Below, one piece after another: positions 47,572 through 59,966 of a stretch of 64,000 nucleotides of DNA. Numbering within the stretch: the first letter of the stretch is position 1; each line of letters starts with the position of its first letter. The notes below the pieces were generated by a model. It had not been told where the DNA came from. It saw only the letters and a list, made by a program, of their open reading frames with translations, and made no database searches. This DNA is from Spizellomyces punctatus DAOM BR117 (lineage: Eukaryota), in assembly GCA_000182565.2 (NCBI GenBank), contig KQ257454.1; one strand, written 5' to 3'. The translations under genes and the position numbers were made by a program.

Positions 47572-48812
47572 CTACTGTTCCTCTTCTAACCACCGCTCGC
47601 AATCTAGCGCCGCCATGCAGCCAGAGCCTGCCGCCGTGACCGCCTGGCGGTAGCGTCTGTCCTGGACGTCACCAGCTGCAAACACTCCCTCACGGCTGGT
47701 CAACGATGTACCGGGCTTCGTGATAATGTAACCATCCCGATCAAGTTGAAGTTGGGGACCTCTACCATCTGGCCCACCTCCTGTTGCCACAATACCGGTA
47801 TTGGGTGTATGCCCAATAGCGTAAAAGAGGCCATTCACAGGTAATTCTCGTGTCTCTGAAGTTTTGGTATCCTTCAAAATCAAGCTTTTCAGCAGCTTCC
47901 CATCTCCTTTTGCCTCAATCGGCACCGTGTTCCATAGAACTTCGATCTTTGGGTTACGCAACAGACGGTCTGCCATAGTTTTAGAGGCTCGTAGCTTGTC
48001 CCTTCTGACTAAGACGTACACCTTGCTGGCGTACTTTGTGAGAAATGTTGCCTCCTCAGCAGCTGAGTCTCCGCCACCAACCACTGCAAGTGGTTTACGT
48101 CTAAATATTGGAACTGCGCCATCGCAAACAGCACATGCGGATATTCCCGCCTGCCAGTAGGTCTCTTCACCTGGAATGCGCATCTGAAGAAAGGAACCGA
48201 AATATTAGCAACCACGTCTCGCTAGCGATTTCAGATGGAGATTCTTACTCTCTTCGCGGTCGCCCCCGTAGCGATTATGACACTCCGCGCCAAGATCGGT
48301 TCTTGATCTTCTTTATTCTCCACCCACAATTTGAACGGCCTGCTCGACAAGTCCACTTTGGATATCGTCTCTGTGTGAATTTTTGTACCAAATCGCGCAC
48401 TCTGCTGCCGAAAGCGATCCATTAGATCTGTCCCAGAGATTCCTTCTGGGAATCCAGGGTAGTTCTCAACATCTGTTGTGGTCGTCAATTGACCGCCGGG
48501 AGCAATTCCTCCAGCCATGTACCCCTCGTACAAAACAGGCTCCAAATTTGCGCGGGCAAGATAAATCGCTGCGGTGTGTCCCGCTGGTCCGCTTCCGACG
48601 ACGACGCAAGGGTGGGGTGCTGCCGAGGCAGTTGAGGTGGAGGACAGCCGGGTAGATGGAAGAGAGCTGGCACATACTGCACTAGCTGTGACTCGCGGTG
48701 TAATGAAGTTCACTGCTTGCAGTGCGTGCGAGGTGGCATATCCCAACCATGTGGGGCGAGTCTCAACCCATCGCAGAGCGAGTTGACGTCCCACATGAGC
48801 AACAGCAGTCAT
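47572..48812 (-). CDS. TRR: Low-MW (bacterial/fungal type) thioredoxin reductase with N-terminal mitochondrial-type presequence
   Basis: [79 protein letters not shown]; one intron at about 48185-48248. Confidence 0.96.
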
Positions 48813-49026
48813 TTTTCCAGCAGCTCAGTTGGTGAGTTGCCTTCCAGCGAGCTGCTTCTTGTCATATAACTGCGCCACCATATTGGCACAGTCATACAGG
48901 GAGTCAACGATCGAACTCTCATCATAATCCACAGTCTGCCATCACGAACCGACGAACCTCCAACAGATCGGCCCTTCGAGCACGCAGCCCCCAGCAACAG
49001 TATCTTTGCGTCTATTCTGGCTCCAA

Positions 49027-50455
49027 ATGAGTAATCTCTTGGGACTCGCGTATGGAGAGAGTGACGACGAAGACAAAAGTGAAGCAGGAAGTCCCGTTCA
49101 AAATGGCTCACAAGAGGCCCTGTTAAACGCTACTGCGACAGGTGAGCTGGGAAAAGGACGCTCTTGATAGATGATAGTTCTCATCTGTTGGATGTACTCT
49201 GGTAGATTCTTCTCCCTCTACCAAACCAAACCAAACACCTCACCGATCATCCGCCGGACAGGTACGCCGCGATTCGTTCCTGACGTTTTAAATACACAGT
49301 ATAGCCTTATCAAACATGTGGACTGCAGCCCATAACTATATGTATGTCTAATTTCACAAAGGTTAACTTTGGTAAGTTTCTGGCAATTGTGCTCCAGAAC
49401 GCTTTTGGGGCAAGAATAACACATCTGTGTCGTTTCTATTAGCATGTCAACTGACGTTGAATGGTGATATCTCAATAAGCAAACCAAAACCTTCCGACAA
49501 CACCACAGCCATTAAGTAATTTGATACGACGTCGACCCCCATCCGGAACGGCATCGGCAGGCGTCAGCCCATCCGTCTCACCCTCAAGATCGGGCTCCAG
49601 ATTTCAATCACCATATCTCCCCTCAAATTCCCCGCACTCTCAGGCATCTACGACACCTCGTGTATCAGGAGAGCGACTAGCCACTGGTTTACATCAGGGT
49701 ATAACTGAACCAGTGGATGACATTGCGATAGCAGAGGCCGAAGCGAAATTGCGCCAACTTTTAAAGCCCCCACCAATCGAAGGCGAAGAAAACTCTGGCA
49801 TTCCCCCAGAGCCGGATGATGAAGCCGATGAGGCGACCCAGGTTCGAACAGCACTTCTGGCATTTGGTAGTAGTTTACAAGCTAACTACACGATCTCCAG
49901 GCGAAGATCGCGAAATGGCTGGATTTGAAAGGCTCAGGCATGCACTTTAACGCACGGCTCGAACAAACTCACGCATTCCGCAACCCATCAATCATGAGTA
50001 AGCTCATCGAGTACCTTGGATTGGATGAAACTGGGTCCAATTATCCAAAAGAGATTTACGATCCACACGGATTCCCTGAAGAAGCATTTTTCGATCGCAT
50101 TGGTATGGTACGAGCCCTACGAGCAATCAGATAGCAGTAACCTCACAAAGGATCACCTTCTGCCCAGCCCACAAACAGGCTACCGAAAGACCACCACCAC
50201 CGACAGTTGCCAGCAACTTGAATCCACAGCTCGCTGCCGCTGTGCAGAAAGCTCAACAGCGAGCGATTCAGTTTGTATCAAATTTGAACAAAGGCGCAGT
50301 TGGAGGCGCGTCCGTTCAACCCGCACCAGCCTCAGGTGAGTGTGTTCCGTGCAATGATGTACGCTGAGGTGCATTTTGTAAACACTCGAATTGCCATAGG
50401 ACGCAAGAGAAGCAAATGGGATGAACCCTCAGATCCTGCTGCCAAACGTCGATAA
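49027..50455 (+). CDS. SAP30BP: SAP30-binding protein / HCNGP family
   Basis: MSNLLGLAYGESDDED; HFNARLEQTHAFRNPSIMSKLIEYLGLDETGSNYPKEIYDPHGF; C-terminal RKRSKWD. Confidence 0.88.
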
Positions 50456-50708
50456 TGCAGACATGTTGCCGTTGCTTTTGCGCTACATTGTAGTGGACAA
50501 TAGATTTGGCTCTACCTTGTAGGTCACGACCATCTCCTCCCTTTACCGCACAGACGTACCTCTTGGACCCGATCAGGTTTTGGTGTCTTAATCCACCTTA
50601 GCAACTGTGTTGTCAAGTACGGTAGAGTACCAAGGCGCAGTCAACCCACCGATGCCGTATGTTGCTTTTCCACGCCTCCGGTGTGCGCACTGCGCAGTCG
50701 CCGCTGTC

Positions 50709-50716
50709 TATAAAAA
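50709..50716 (+). promoter_or_regulatory. TATA box upstream of U1 snRNA
   Basis: tataaaaa begins 39 nt upstream of the U1 5' end. Confidence 0.6.
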
Positions 50717-50747
50717 GGAGAGGTCCCCAGCACCCCCGCTGTTCTGC

Positions 50748-50914
50748 ATACTTACCTGCTACGAGGTTCGCTGTGATCAGGAAGGCAGCGCCTGTTTGGG
50801 ATTCTCGACAATGCACGCCTGCTTCGAGAGCTTCAGATTCCCTGACCTTTGGGGTCAGAGGAGGTGGATAATTTTTGTTTGTGGGAGGGATCTGCGTTCG
50901 CGCTGTCCGCTCCC
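50748..50914 (+). ncRNA. U1: U1 spliceosomal snRNA (about 167 nt)
   Basis: 5' ATACTTACCTG; SL I cgctgt-GATCAGGAAG-gcagcg; SL II ttctcga-cAATGCAC...-tcgagag; SL III ctgacc...ggtcag; Sm site ATAATTTTTG; SL IV with gcgTTCGcgc closed by gggag/ctccc. Confidence 0.97.
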
Positions 50915-51310
50915 TATTCTCATGATTTAGGAAGAAAAGAAATGATGTTCGCTACATTTGCCATTTGCAGGCTGATTGATGAAAGGCATTCCAGCAGCAT
51001 TTAATTCATGCCATTCAAGCGTAGCATGTAGCCAAGCAAGCGAATTCCATGGATATGGGACATTGTGGTTGCAGTTCTAGTTGGTTTTGCCCTGGAGGAA
51101 CCAACTGTCGTGTCGAAGGGATGAATCAACGACCGTCACATCTTTTGCGTTAGACTTTACTATTGCATTGACTATATACACAGCGTTGCTGACGAAAACC
51201 ACCTTAAATCATGCCCGATCCCAGTCATACGCATTTTATCCGCCCCGATAATGTATTATGCAAACCCCTCCCCATCTAGTATGCCTAACCATCCTACTCT
51301 GCCAGTCGAT

Positions 51311-51798
51311 CTATTTGCCAGGAGGTCCTCGACGGTGGTGAACAACACTTGGAGTCCATCTTCTGCCATGTGGAACTTTTGTCCAGTGAGGCACCCAGTG
51401 TATAGGCTTGATTCCATTTCGATACCGTTTGGAGGCTACCCAATACTTTTCCAACGGACTCATTTCGCTCTCCTTTGGCGCCCTTCGTGCCAATTCCTGG
51501 TGCACGAGTCGCAAATTAGCAACCTCTCAGGACTTTGCATCAGCCAAACGAACGAATTCATAAATTCACTCACCAGAGCCCGCAGTTTTACTCCACTCTC
51601 TACCAGCGTATCTACAACTTCGTCTACTGCCCTTAGCCTCTTTCTGTGGCGATATTTTTGGGTATCTGTCAGGCGGAAACGTCGCTTCCTGGAAATCCAA
51701 CTTGAGTTTCATCTCGCCCAGGTTGTATCAGACCCTTTCTTGACATACCATACAAGACCGCCCAGAGTCGCAATGGTAGATCGGAATGCACCAAACAT
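51311..51798 (-). CDS. MRPL31: Mitochondrial large-subunit ribosomal protein mL60 (fungal MRPL31)
   Basis: Spliced product: MFGAFRSTIATLGGLVWKRRFRLTDTQKYRHRKRLRAVDEVV...PKESEMSPLEKYW...IHWVPHWTK. Confidence 0.9.
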
Positions 51799-51981
51799 GG
51801 TTTGCCTTTTTGTGCTTTCTGTTCGCTTTCCAAACCGTTTGAAGGTCGCAAATGCTGTGAGTTGGCCGATCTTGCGTTGCCATGGTACCGAAATGCGCGG
51901 ATGGCACAGCAGACGATTGAGTCATCGCGCGGTGTTGGATGGTCTTCACCAACTCGCATTGCAACCTGTTTGTTGAGCACG

Positions 51982-53615
51982 ATGAGTTGGTCAAAGCGTA
52001 TACCAACAGCTACTCCGCGGATGGCATGCTTTCATAAGAGATCCTTAAATACTGTGCCAAGTCCTGTGTGTGTGGGCTATCTGCGGAAAAGCTCCACATT
52101 CGCTCGCTCGCCTGCCATAGCCTTGACATATTCACAATATGGACCGCCGGAGAAGGTTTTAAAGTATGGGCGAGCAGTGCAATGCGAATTTGTTAATATC
52201 ACAAACGAATTCTGAATTTATAACATGTATCCAGCATAACAAAGGTCCCACTTCCGCCGCTGACAAGGTCCACAGTCCATATTCGCTTTGTTGCGGCGCC
52301 TATCAACCCAGCGGATATCAACCAGATCCAGGGTAGGAACGCCTCAAATATCTGCCTAGTTACTGCTGGATAGCTTACCCTCCGTGGAAATATCAGGAAC
52401 ATACCCGGTAAAGCCACAGTTCAAAGACGGGCTTGGAGCCGTTGGTGGCAATGAAGGGTTAGCGGAGGTCATAGCCACTGGAGATGACGTTACAGACTTG
52501 AAAGTGGGTGACTGGGTGATACCAACAGCAAGCGGGTTCGGTGCGTAAGTTTGTCGATTCGCCGATCTACAGTAAATTTTCAGTTATCGCTGATCTTCGT
52601 TATGCTACGTTAGGTACTTGGCGGAAGCACGCTAGCTGCAAACCAGATGAGCTGTTGAAGCTCAATAAGCACGGGGTCTCACCACTGATAGCAGCAACGA
52701 TCAGTGTCAATCCCTGTACAGGTATCGTCAAGTTCTCTGCGCCTTTAATACACCGGGGCGTTTGCTGATGCGTTCGCGCTTTTGTCAGCGTACCGTATGC
52801 TGCGCGATTTCGTCTCGCTCAAGCCTGGTAAAATCGCGAACTTCGATAAATGTGATTTTGATTGCACTTTATTAACATTGTGATGACGTGGCAAAAAGGT
52901 GACGTTGTGGTACAAAATGGTGGTAATTCCGGTGTTGGCCAGTCCGTTATTCAGCTCGCAAAGGCCTGGAATATCAAAACTGTGAACGTTATCCGAAATA
53001 GGTTAGTCTCAACTCGTGCCTGCGGATCCATTCGAGCAAGAAACACGTACTTAGTAAGATCAGACCCAATTTTGATGAAATCGCAGAAAACTTGCAAGAC
53101 ATTGGAGCGGATATGGTGATATCGGAAGAGGATGCGCGAAAGCCAGAGGTTGCCGCGAAGGTTAAAAATTTGGGGCCACCGCCGCGGTTGGCGCTCAATT
53201 GCGTCGGCGGCAAGAGTGCTACAAATATTGCTCGTTTGCTAGGGTGAGTCGCGGTGAACAAGTCTATAATCGCTGTTAAACTCATAGAAACGAATGCAGA
53301 CATGATGGTCATCTGGTAACATACGGTGGAATGTCCAAGGAGCCACTCATCCTACCTACTTCACTGTTTATCTTCAAAAATCTAACGAGCCAAGGGTTCT
53401 GGATGACCAGATGGTATGAGACGCATTCTAAAGCGGAGCGAGCAACCATGCTCGACGAACTGTTCCAGCTGGCACAAGCGGGTAAACTGCGGGAACCTTG
53501 GCATGATACAACCTCTCTGCGCGATGCACCAAACATACAGGAAACAGCTATCGCGAGTATCCGCAAGGCCATGAGTGGGTTCAGCGGTGGAAAGCAGATA
53601 TTTGTGATGGATTAA
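51982..53615 (+). CDS. ETR1: Mitochondrial enoyl-ACP (2-enoyl thioester) reductase
   Basis: [82 protein letters not shown]. Confidence 0.94.
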
Positions 53616-53937
53616 ATATCCCAACACGATGGAATGTGCACAGTGTGGCTAATAAATCATCAAGTACGCATTTTGTTTAGACACAATGGCATATATTGCC
53701 AAATTATATTTTATTGAATAGCTTGACACGCCAAGAAGGTAGAACTTTGTACATTGCCATCGTCCGACAAGTGTTTCGGGTTGGCAAAACGGAGGGAATA
53801 CGTCCACTGTACCGGAACCAGCCCATTTTAACGGATTTAAAGTCTGTTCAATGCGGCGATCCCCCTCTATAATGGATGGTACGATCGGGGTCCACTGAGT
53901 TTGCAATGTCTCATGTAGTGAGGAGAGGATGTTGATT

Positions 53938-54945
53938 TTACGGTTTACGGAATTCTGCAAAGCGAAGGATACCAATCTAGTGTCGGCAAGGAGGTGTTTA
54001 ATCACCTCCAAGATATACATACCAGTTAGCACAGGGAATATGTTTTCAAATGCTGCGTAGATTTCATCGCGGACCTATCATGGACGTTAGTTTTAAATTT
54101 GAACATGTTGACCACCCATACCAAGACCTTACCTTTGCGCCAGTTAGTACAATCTTGCCTGAGACGAAAATAAGTAGTACAATCTTCGGTCGCAACATGC
54201 GGTATATAAGTCCAGGAAAGAGCTCAGGCTCGTACTAGCGATTAAACCGTCCCCAGGTTTAGCGTCAAAGAACTCAAAAACGACCTACACGGATGAATAT
54301 TGTGATCGAGCATACTTACACTACAGAAAGAACCGTGGTTCAAAGCCAGTCCTTCAAGACGGATGGGGAATTTGACGTCACAGGATCCAACAATATTTTG
54401 TATTTTGAAATCAGTGAATTTTGCTTGGAAACCGAGCTTCTGAATGATACGAGCGTATTTGCGAGCCGCCAATTTTGACATTTCCTCGCTCTTTGCGCCA
54501 GTAACGACCATTTTCCCCGAAGCGAAGATTAGGGCTGTGGTTTTAGGTTCACGTATACGCATGATCACGGCAGCGAAACGCTTTGGGTTGTATTCGGCGT
54601 TACGAGCATGAAGGGCGATGGTTTTGAGGTCCAACCGACAGTCTAGGTTGACTGTTGCCACAATATTTCTTCATTGAAAAAAGCGTAACAAAATTTCAAA
54701 AGAGGTGAGCAATGCTGTATGAGAAACAAGAGAAAAGCCAACGGGGTACGAGCAAAGACAAACAGCTAAGAAAACTATAAACAAGCTTCTTCTTCCCTCT
54801 GCAAACGGGACCCTCCTGCCGCCAGCAACATCTTTAGGGCGAGGATATGGGACACTCACTGCAGTGTAGGGACAATCCCAGATGCGGATGGAGGCTTCAC
54901 ATGGGCATCCGTCATAATCTGGTCAGCGGCTACGGAGTGGGACAT
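53938..54945 (-). CDS. SPT15: TATA-binding protein
   Basis: [77 protein letters not shown]. Confidence 0.98.
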
Positions 54946-55168
54946 TATGGATCTCAGTGGAATTTGTTGGAATCAAAGCAAGCACCCTGTGTGAACACAA
55001 CGCGGATTCAACGGATTGGAGGGATAGCGAGAACAGGAGAGAGAGAGAATCGAGTGTTGTTGTATTCCGCGCGGATGTCAAGGGAAATTCGCGAACGCCT
55101 CTATTCAGCAAACTCTCGCAGTCCTGCCAAAACTTGGAGACTGATGGGAGAGTGGGGGCAACTCCTCC

Positions 55169-55175
55169 TTTTATA
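55169..55175 (-). promoter_or_regulatory. Candidate TATA box of the TBP gene
   Basis: TATAAAA on the minus strand, about 225 nt upstream of the TBP ATG. Confidence 0.4.
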
Positions 55176-55531
55176 GTTGTGGTGTTTGGAATGCCGCGCC
55201 ACATGACAGAGGCTTAGTAACGCTGTAGTGCTGACGTAATACTATCGGACACCCGGAGTTGTTGGATGGACATGGCATGCATTGGCGATGGGCCATATAT
55301 TAGTTGGTTCGCAGAATGGAACATTTGTAGGGCAGGCTCATGCTTTACGGGTGTTATTTTGCAATTTTCAACCGATTAAATTACTCTTGTCCATCACATC
55401 AACAATAAAAGATTCACACCAATTAAAAATAAAATCGGGGATCCCGCAACGTTTCCTGCAGGCTCCTCATTCGGCCACTTCTCATATCTATCTGCTTCAG
55501 CCTCTCTCCAAACTTGACACAAGAAATAATC

Positions 55532-58500
55532 TCACGCTGCTATTTGACCAGCTTTCTTTCCCTTATTTTTGATTACGACATCAGTAATGATTGACTTGGG
55601 TGAACCAATTTTAAAAGGTTTACATTACCTTCCCTTTCTTCGCTTTAACTTGCTCCTCCTTGAGCTTCAAGCGGTTGGCCTTCTCCTGGGCCTTGCGTTG
55701 CTTTTCGGCTTCCCGTTGGGCTTTAAGGGCCGGGTCAGGACCCTTCTTTTTCTTTTTGGGAGGTTCATCTCCACCCCCGCCTCCTGCGCTTCGCTTCCGG
55801 CCGACTTTGGCCTGACTGAGGTGGATCTTAGCCCTAGAGGGCCCAGCTTGTTCTTTGAACTCATCCTATGGATTGATTGTCATTATCGCTTCGCTCCACG
55901 ATGTAGTTTTGAACAATAACACGTACCTCTATCATGTCACCAGCTGCTCTCTTTCTATCATAGAAAGGTCGTAGCAAGCCAATGACTTTGTGAATGTCGA
56001 CGGGTCTCCAAGGTATCGTAGATGGCTTGCCAACTGCCTCTTCAATTGGGGCTGTCCCGGCAAGCAACGACCGTTATGATTGGCGTCGACGGTAACCTCA
56101 ATGCATAGTATTCATACCATTTTCTTCCTCCCTCTGTGGCGCTTGCCGTCGAACTCGTGCTCTTATTGGTCGGTCTGCTTTTTTGCTCCAAAGTTCTCGT
56201 GGAATCTGTCATGCGGAATGATTTCAGTGTCTTCAGCATATACAAAAGGGGATACAACTGTCTACTCACGCTGGTGATCCCTTCGATGCCGAGCTCCCGC
56301 AAGCTGAGCATGTCCAAATCGCCAAAGAAGTTGCCACTGTGGTAACATCCATTAGGACACGACATTTAAGCTGTTTTCTCTCTTTATTATCATGCTCACC
56401 TCATGAAATCATCGGCGGCCTCCTCCACATCAATATCGTCTTCCTCGAGTTCACCGTCAGCTCGCTGGACACGCAATGATTAGACATCGAAGTGCAGCTT
56501 GATGGCAGCATCGAGATTCCAAGCCAACCTTAACCATATCCTTGTATGCATAAGACATCTTCCTGCGAAGATCATATAACTTATCCCCATATCTTTCAAT
56601 GTCATGCCGAATATACGTGTCGAGTTGGTTCACATTCTCAACGCCATTCTCTTGCAGTGCATGGAGCAAGAGGTCCTTCGTATCCAATATTAAATATACG
56701 GCAGAATAAATCTTTGCGCCAAAGCTCACCTCAGGGGACATTGTTTTAGAGAATTTATCCATATAAAGGCGCAGTGTTTTCCCGATGTTGTGAAAATAAT
56801 CCAGGAAAGTATCGGTCAGAGTGCACAAAGCGGACTCGGACGCAACTAGGGAGAGCAGACTTGTAAGCTATTTGCAAAAGATATGGTCCCACGAGAGGAA
56901 TAAACCAACCATCGAAGCCAGAATGCATCAGCAATTTTGCTACGCTCTGCTTTGCCACATCGGCGGCTGCGGCGCTGTTCAGGGTGAACGGTGGTAGTGA
57001 CGTTTCGCTGCAGCAAGGTTGATAAGGTTTGACGAGCGACCTCCACGGAGTCTCGTCTGTCACTCCCGACTATCGCAAAGAGTTGAGAGATATCAGCACC
57101 TACCGCGTACATGCCATTTCCAAAAAGAAAATGTCCTACCTCACGACCCAGGATCTTCGCGTGAATTTCCTTCACTTTTTGAAGGTCCTTTATATTTCGA
57201 TCAATTTGACTATTCAGTATTCCTTTTCGCTTCGGTCGGATTTCAGGGAAATCCGATAAGGATGGCTGCGTGCGCAACAGCTCACTTTACGCAGCATTCA
57301 GTACTCTGTATATAGGAGTAAATAGTTAAGCAGGGTCATACCTCGGATCTTCAAAGAGCTGTGACGGGTCGACTACGCGATTGCCAATTTTAAAGGGTGG
57401 ATAGGGTAAGGAAGGCACACAGCCAGAAGTGTATTTTAGCTCCGGAAGAAAGCTTTCCTCCAGAGCGATTTCAAGCTCCTCATCCTCTGAAAGGTTCATG
57501 GCAGAGTCTCTTCGTTTGCAAGGATCCTTGAATTTAGAATATGCGAGTTTGCGTCGCTTGTTACGACGCACGTATTCCCTCTCGTCGTCCACTGATGCCC
57601 CCAAACTTTCCCTCGTGGGTACTATCGCTTGACGCTCAGGAAAGGGTCTTTTCAATTGAGCTCTGCGTTTGCTCTGATGATTCAAATTTTGCCATATTCA
57701 ATACCATGTGAATCACCTTCGAGCCAACATTCACGAACTTACGCATAGTTCGTAACGGTACTGCATGGTCACATCTTTCCACCGTCTCTCTTGAATATTG
57801 CCTTCATCAATGGCCTCCTCAGTCGTCTCATCCGGCGGGGCGGGGGTCATTGTATCTGGAAAGTGTGCACTGTCATTGGCAAGTGCCGCCTCATGTTCCT
57901 CCACTGCGGGCGATCCAGCGTACTCAGGAATCTCAGACAGTACAGACGCCTGAATAGAACGATGACCGTAAGCATTTGAAGAGCACTACGAATCCCAAGT
58001 ACTTACCGATCGCTTTTCATCCACCTGTGCAGGTCGATCTTGCTCGGTGGTTACCGAGATTCCATTTTCATTTGAGGTATCATTTGCAACTCCATTGGGG
58101 GTTTCTACAATTGTACTGGGTTAGCGACCCGAAAAGTGGTCGGTGCACCAGCTTGAGAGCCCACCTTCTTCATCATCCGAGTCTTCTTCATCAGCTCGGG
58201 ATTTGATGATCGTGATATCAGGAACCTTCTTTAAAAGGTCAGTTGTTTTCCGTCGCATTGCCGTCGCATGACGTCGATAAATATTATCCTTGAGGCAATT
58301 CAGGCGAAGTTACAATGAGAAAAATGAGTCTCTGTCGCAGTACTACTTACTGGTGGTATCGTGTTGTACAGCATACAGTTTGACCATATTAAGTATAGAT
58401 CCTCTGAGAATTGTGCTTTGCTCTGATATTGGTGATTATTCAACTTTGTTGTCATCTACCGAATGGAATTGGTAATCTGTAGGTTGGAAAGCAAGTTCTG

Positions 58501-59966
58501 ACTGTAAGGCACTTTACCGTTCCGAGGTCCATCGGGTGTTTGATGACTGTAAAGCACGAGGTTGAGATTTGATTGATGAGGGAAGTCAGGCATGCTCTGC
58601 AGATTCAACGAACCGTCATAATAGTCAGGAGCCTCACGTTTCGCAACCGGTTTCAAAAATGGAAATGAATGGGCCTGCAATGTCAAAAACTGAGCACATC
58701 TATTGAAAAAGAACGTGACGACCAAGGAAGCCTCGACGTACCGTATAATTCTTCAAATCATTCAAAACCTTCTCTAATGCCGCGTAAAGCTCCTCTTGTC
58801 CAATATTCTCACTGTGCTGTAGCTTTCATTAGACAAAGACATAATTAACTGGTGACGTGACACTGGCTTACACCCACCCATTTTGATCTGCTCGGTCTAA
58901 CTTCATCTAACAATGTTTTTATATTTTGAAGGCGTTCTGGTTCGGCTTGCTTGTTCACAACCATAAACAGGTACTGGATAAATGAACGCTCTATATCAGT
59001 TGCCCGCGTAGGACTCGTCAGGTCGACATCATACATTACCTTTAGGCTGGAATGGACCTCTTTTGTCATTTCGTCCTGTAAAATGATGGAGACGTAAGCT
59101 CCTTTCCGCAAGATGCTTCCTTTGAAATATTAAAACTTACAGCCTCTGTCTTGTCATTTTCGTGGTCAAATAATTCTAGTTCTTCTCGAGAAACGCGCTC
59201 CTGTCGATGGAATGTGAGGAATATCAAGCAGATAATCCCATTTCAAGTGTTCCGTACATTGAGCGATGTCATGTAATCCATAGCTTCCACATCGTAATCA
59301 TAGCTATAGTACATATCGTCGATAGGGATATCCATTTTCACATCCACTTCCTCGGTCAGAGTGCTAAATGCAGGCACCTTTTGTCGCTGTTGATCACCAT
59401 CAGACCCAACATCTGCAACGGGGCAAGAGAATCAGACATCGACAATTTCAAAGCGCTGAGATCTATAAGACGGTACCAGAATTCTCATCATATTCGTCGT
59501 CGACATCCGTCTGCTTTCGAATCCCATTGCCATTTGATAGAGATTTCAAAGTATTGGCTAGCAGGATGTCGTTGATGGAGTCCCTGTCGACGAGTGCCGT
59601 GGTAAAATCCTTCCGATCTGGGTAGAGTTCCGGTATCAATTGCTCAAAAATCATCTCACGGATACGGAAGTTTGCAATGGTGGAAGAAGAAACGGAAGCG
59701 CCGCCAAAACGGCTTCCACCTTGCGAATGTTCCGGTTCTTCTACAACAGTGCATAAATGAAAGTAAGACACAGGTTCCAAGCGTCAAGACCAACTGGACA
59801 AACCTTTTGCACCGTCCGCAGACACTTGGGGTCCTTTCATAAACTCGGTCCATTTTGCCTGGTCCTTAGCTGCGTTGATGAATACTATTCCTTCCTCCGG
59901 AGACAGCCATAGTTTCCAGCGGTCGTTCAACAGCAGACTCTGAGCAATATCAAAGTAGTCCGCCAT
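55532..59966 (-). CDS. SPT7: SAGA subunit Spt7 (bromodomain + histone fold)
   Basis: RSKW...[60 protein letters not shown]; histone fold AKLLMHSGFD...LDYFHNIGKTL; GNFFGDLD. The last exon is uncertain (alternative stop at 55620). Confidence 0.92.

Noticed and set aside
47572-47600. Selenocysteine-type thioredoxin reductase C-terminus
   Set aside because: This is the low-MW CAVC type, ending EEEQ-TAG with no GCUG motif.
50940-51120. TGATG/TGATGA and CTGA words downstream of U1 suggesting a C/D snoRNA
   Set aside because: Spacing and order do not fit, and there is no terminal stem or recognisable guide.
53964-53972. GTATCCTT (U12-type donor consensus) on the minus strand in TBP
   Set aside because: It lies near the 3' end of an ordinary U2-type intron, not at a donor position.
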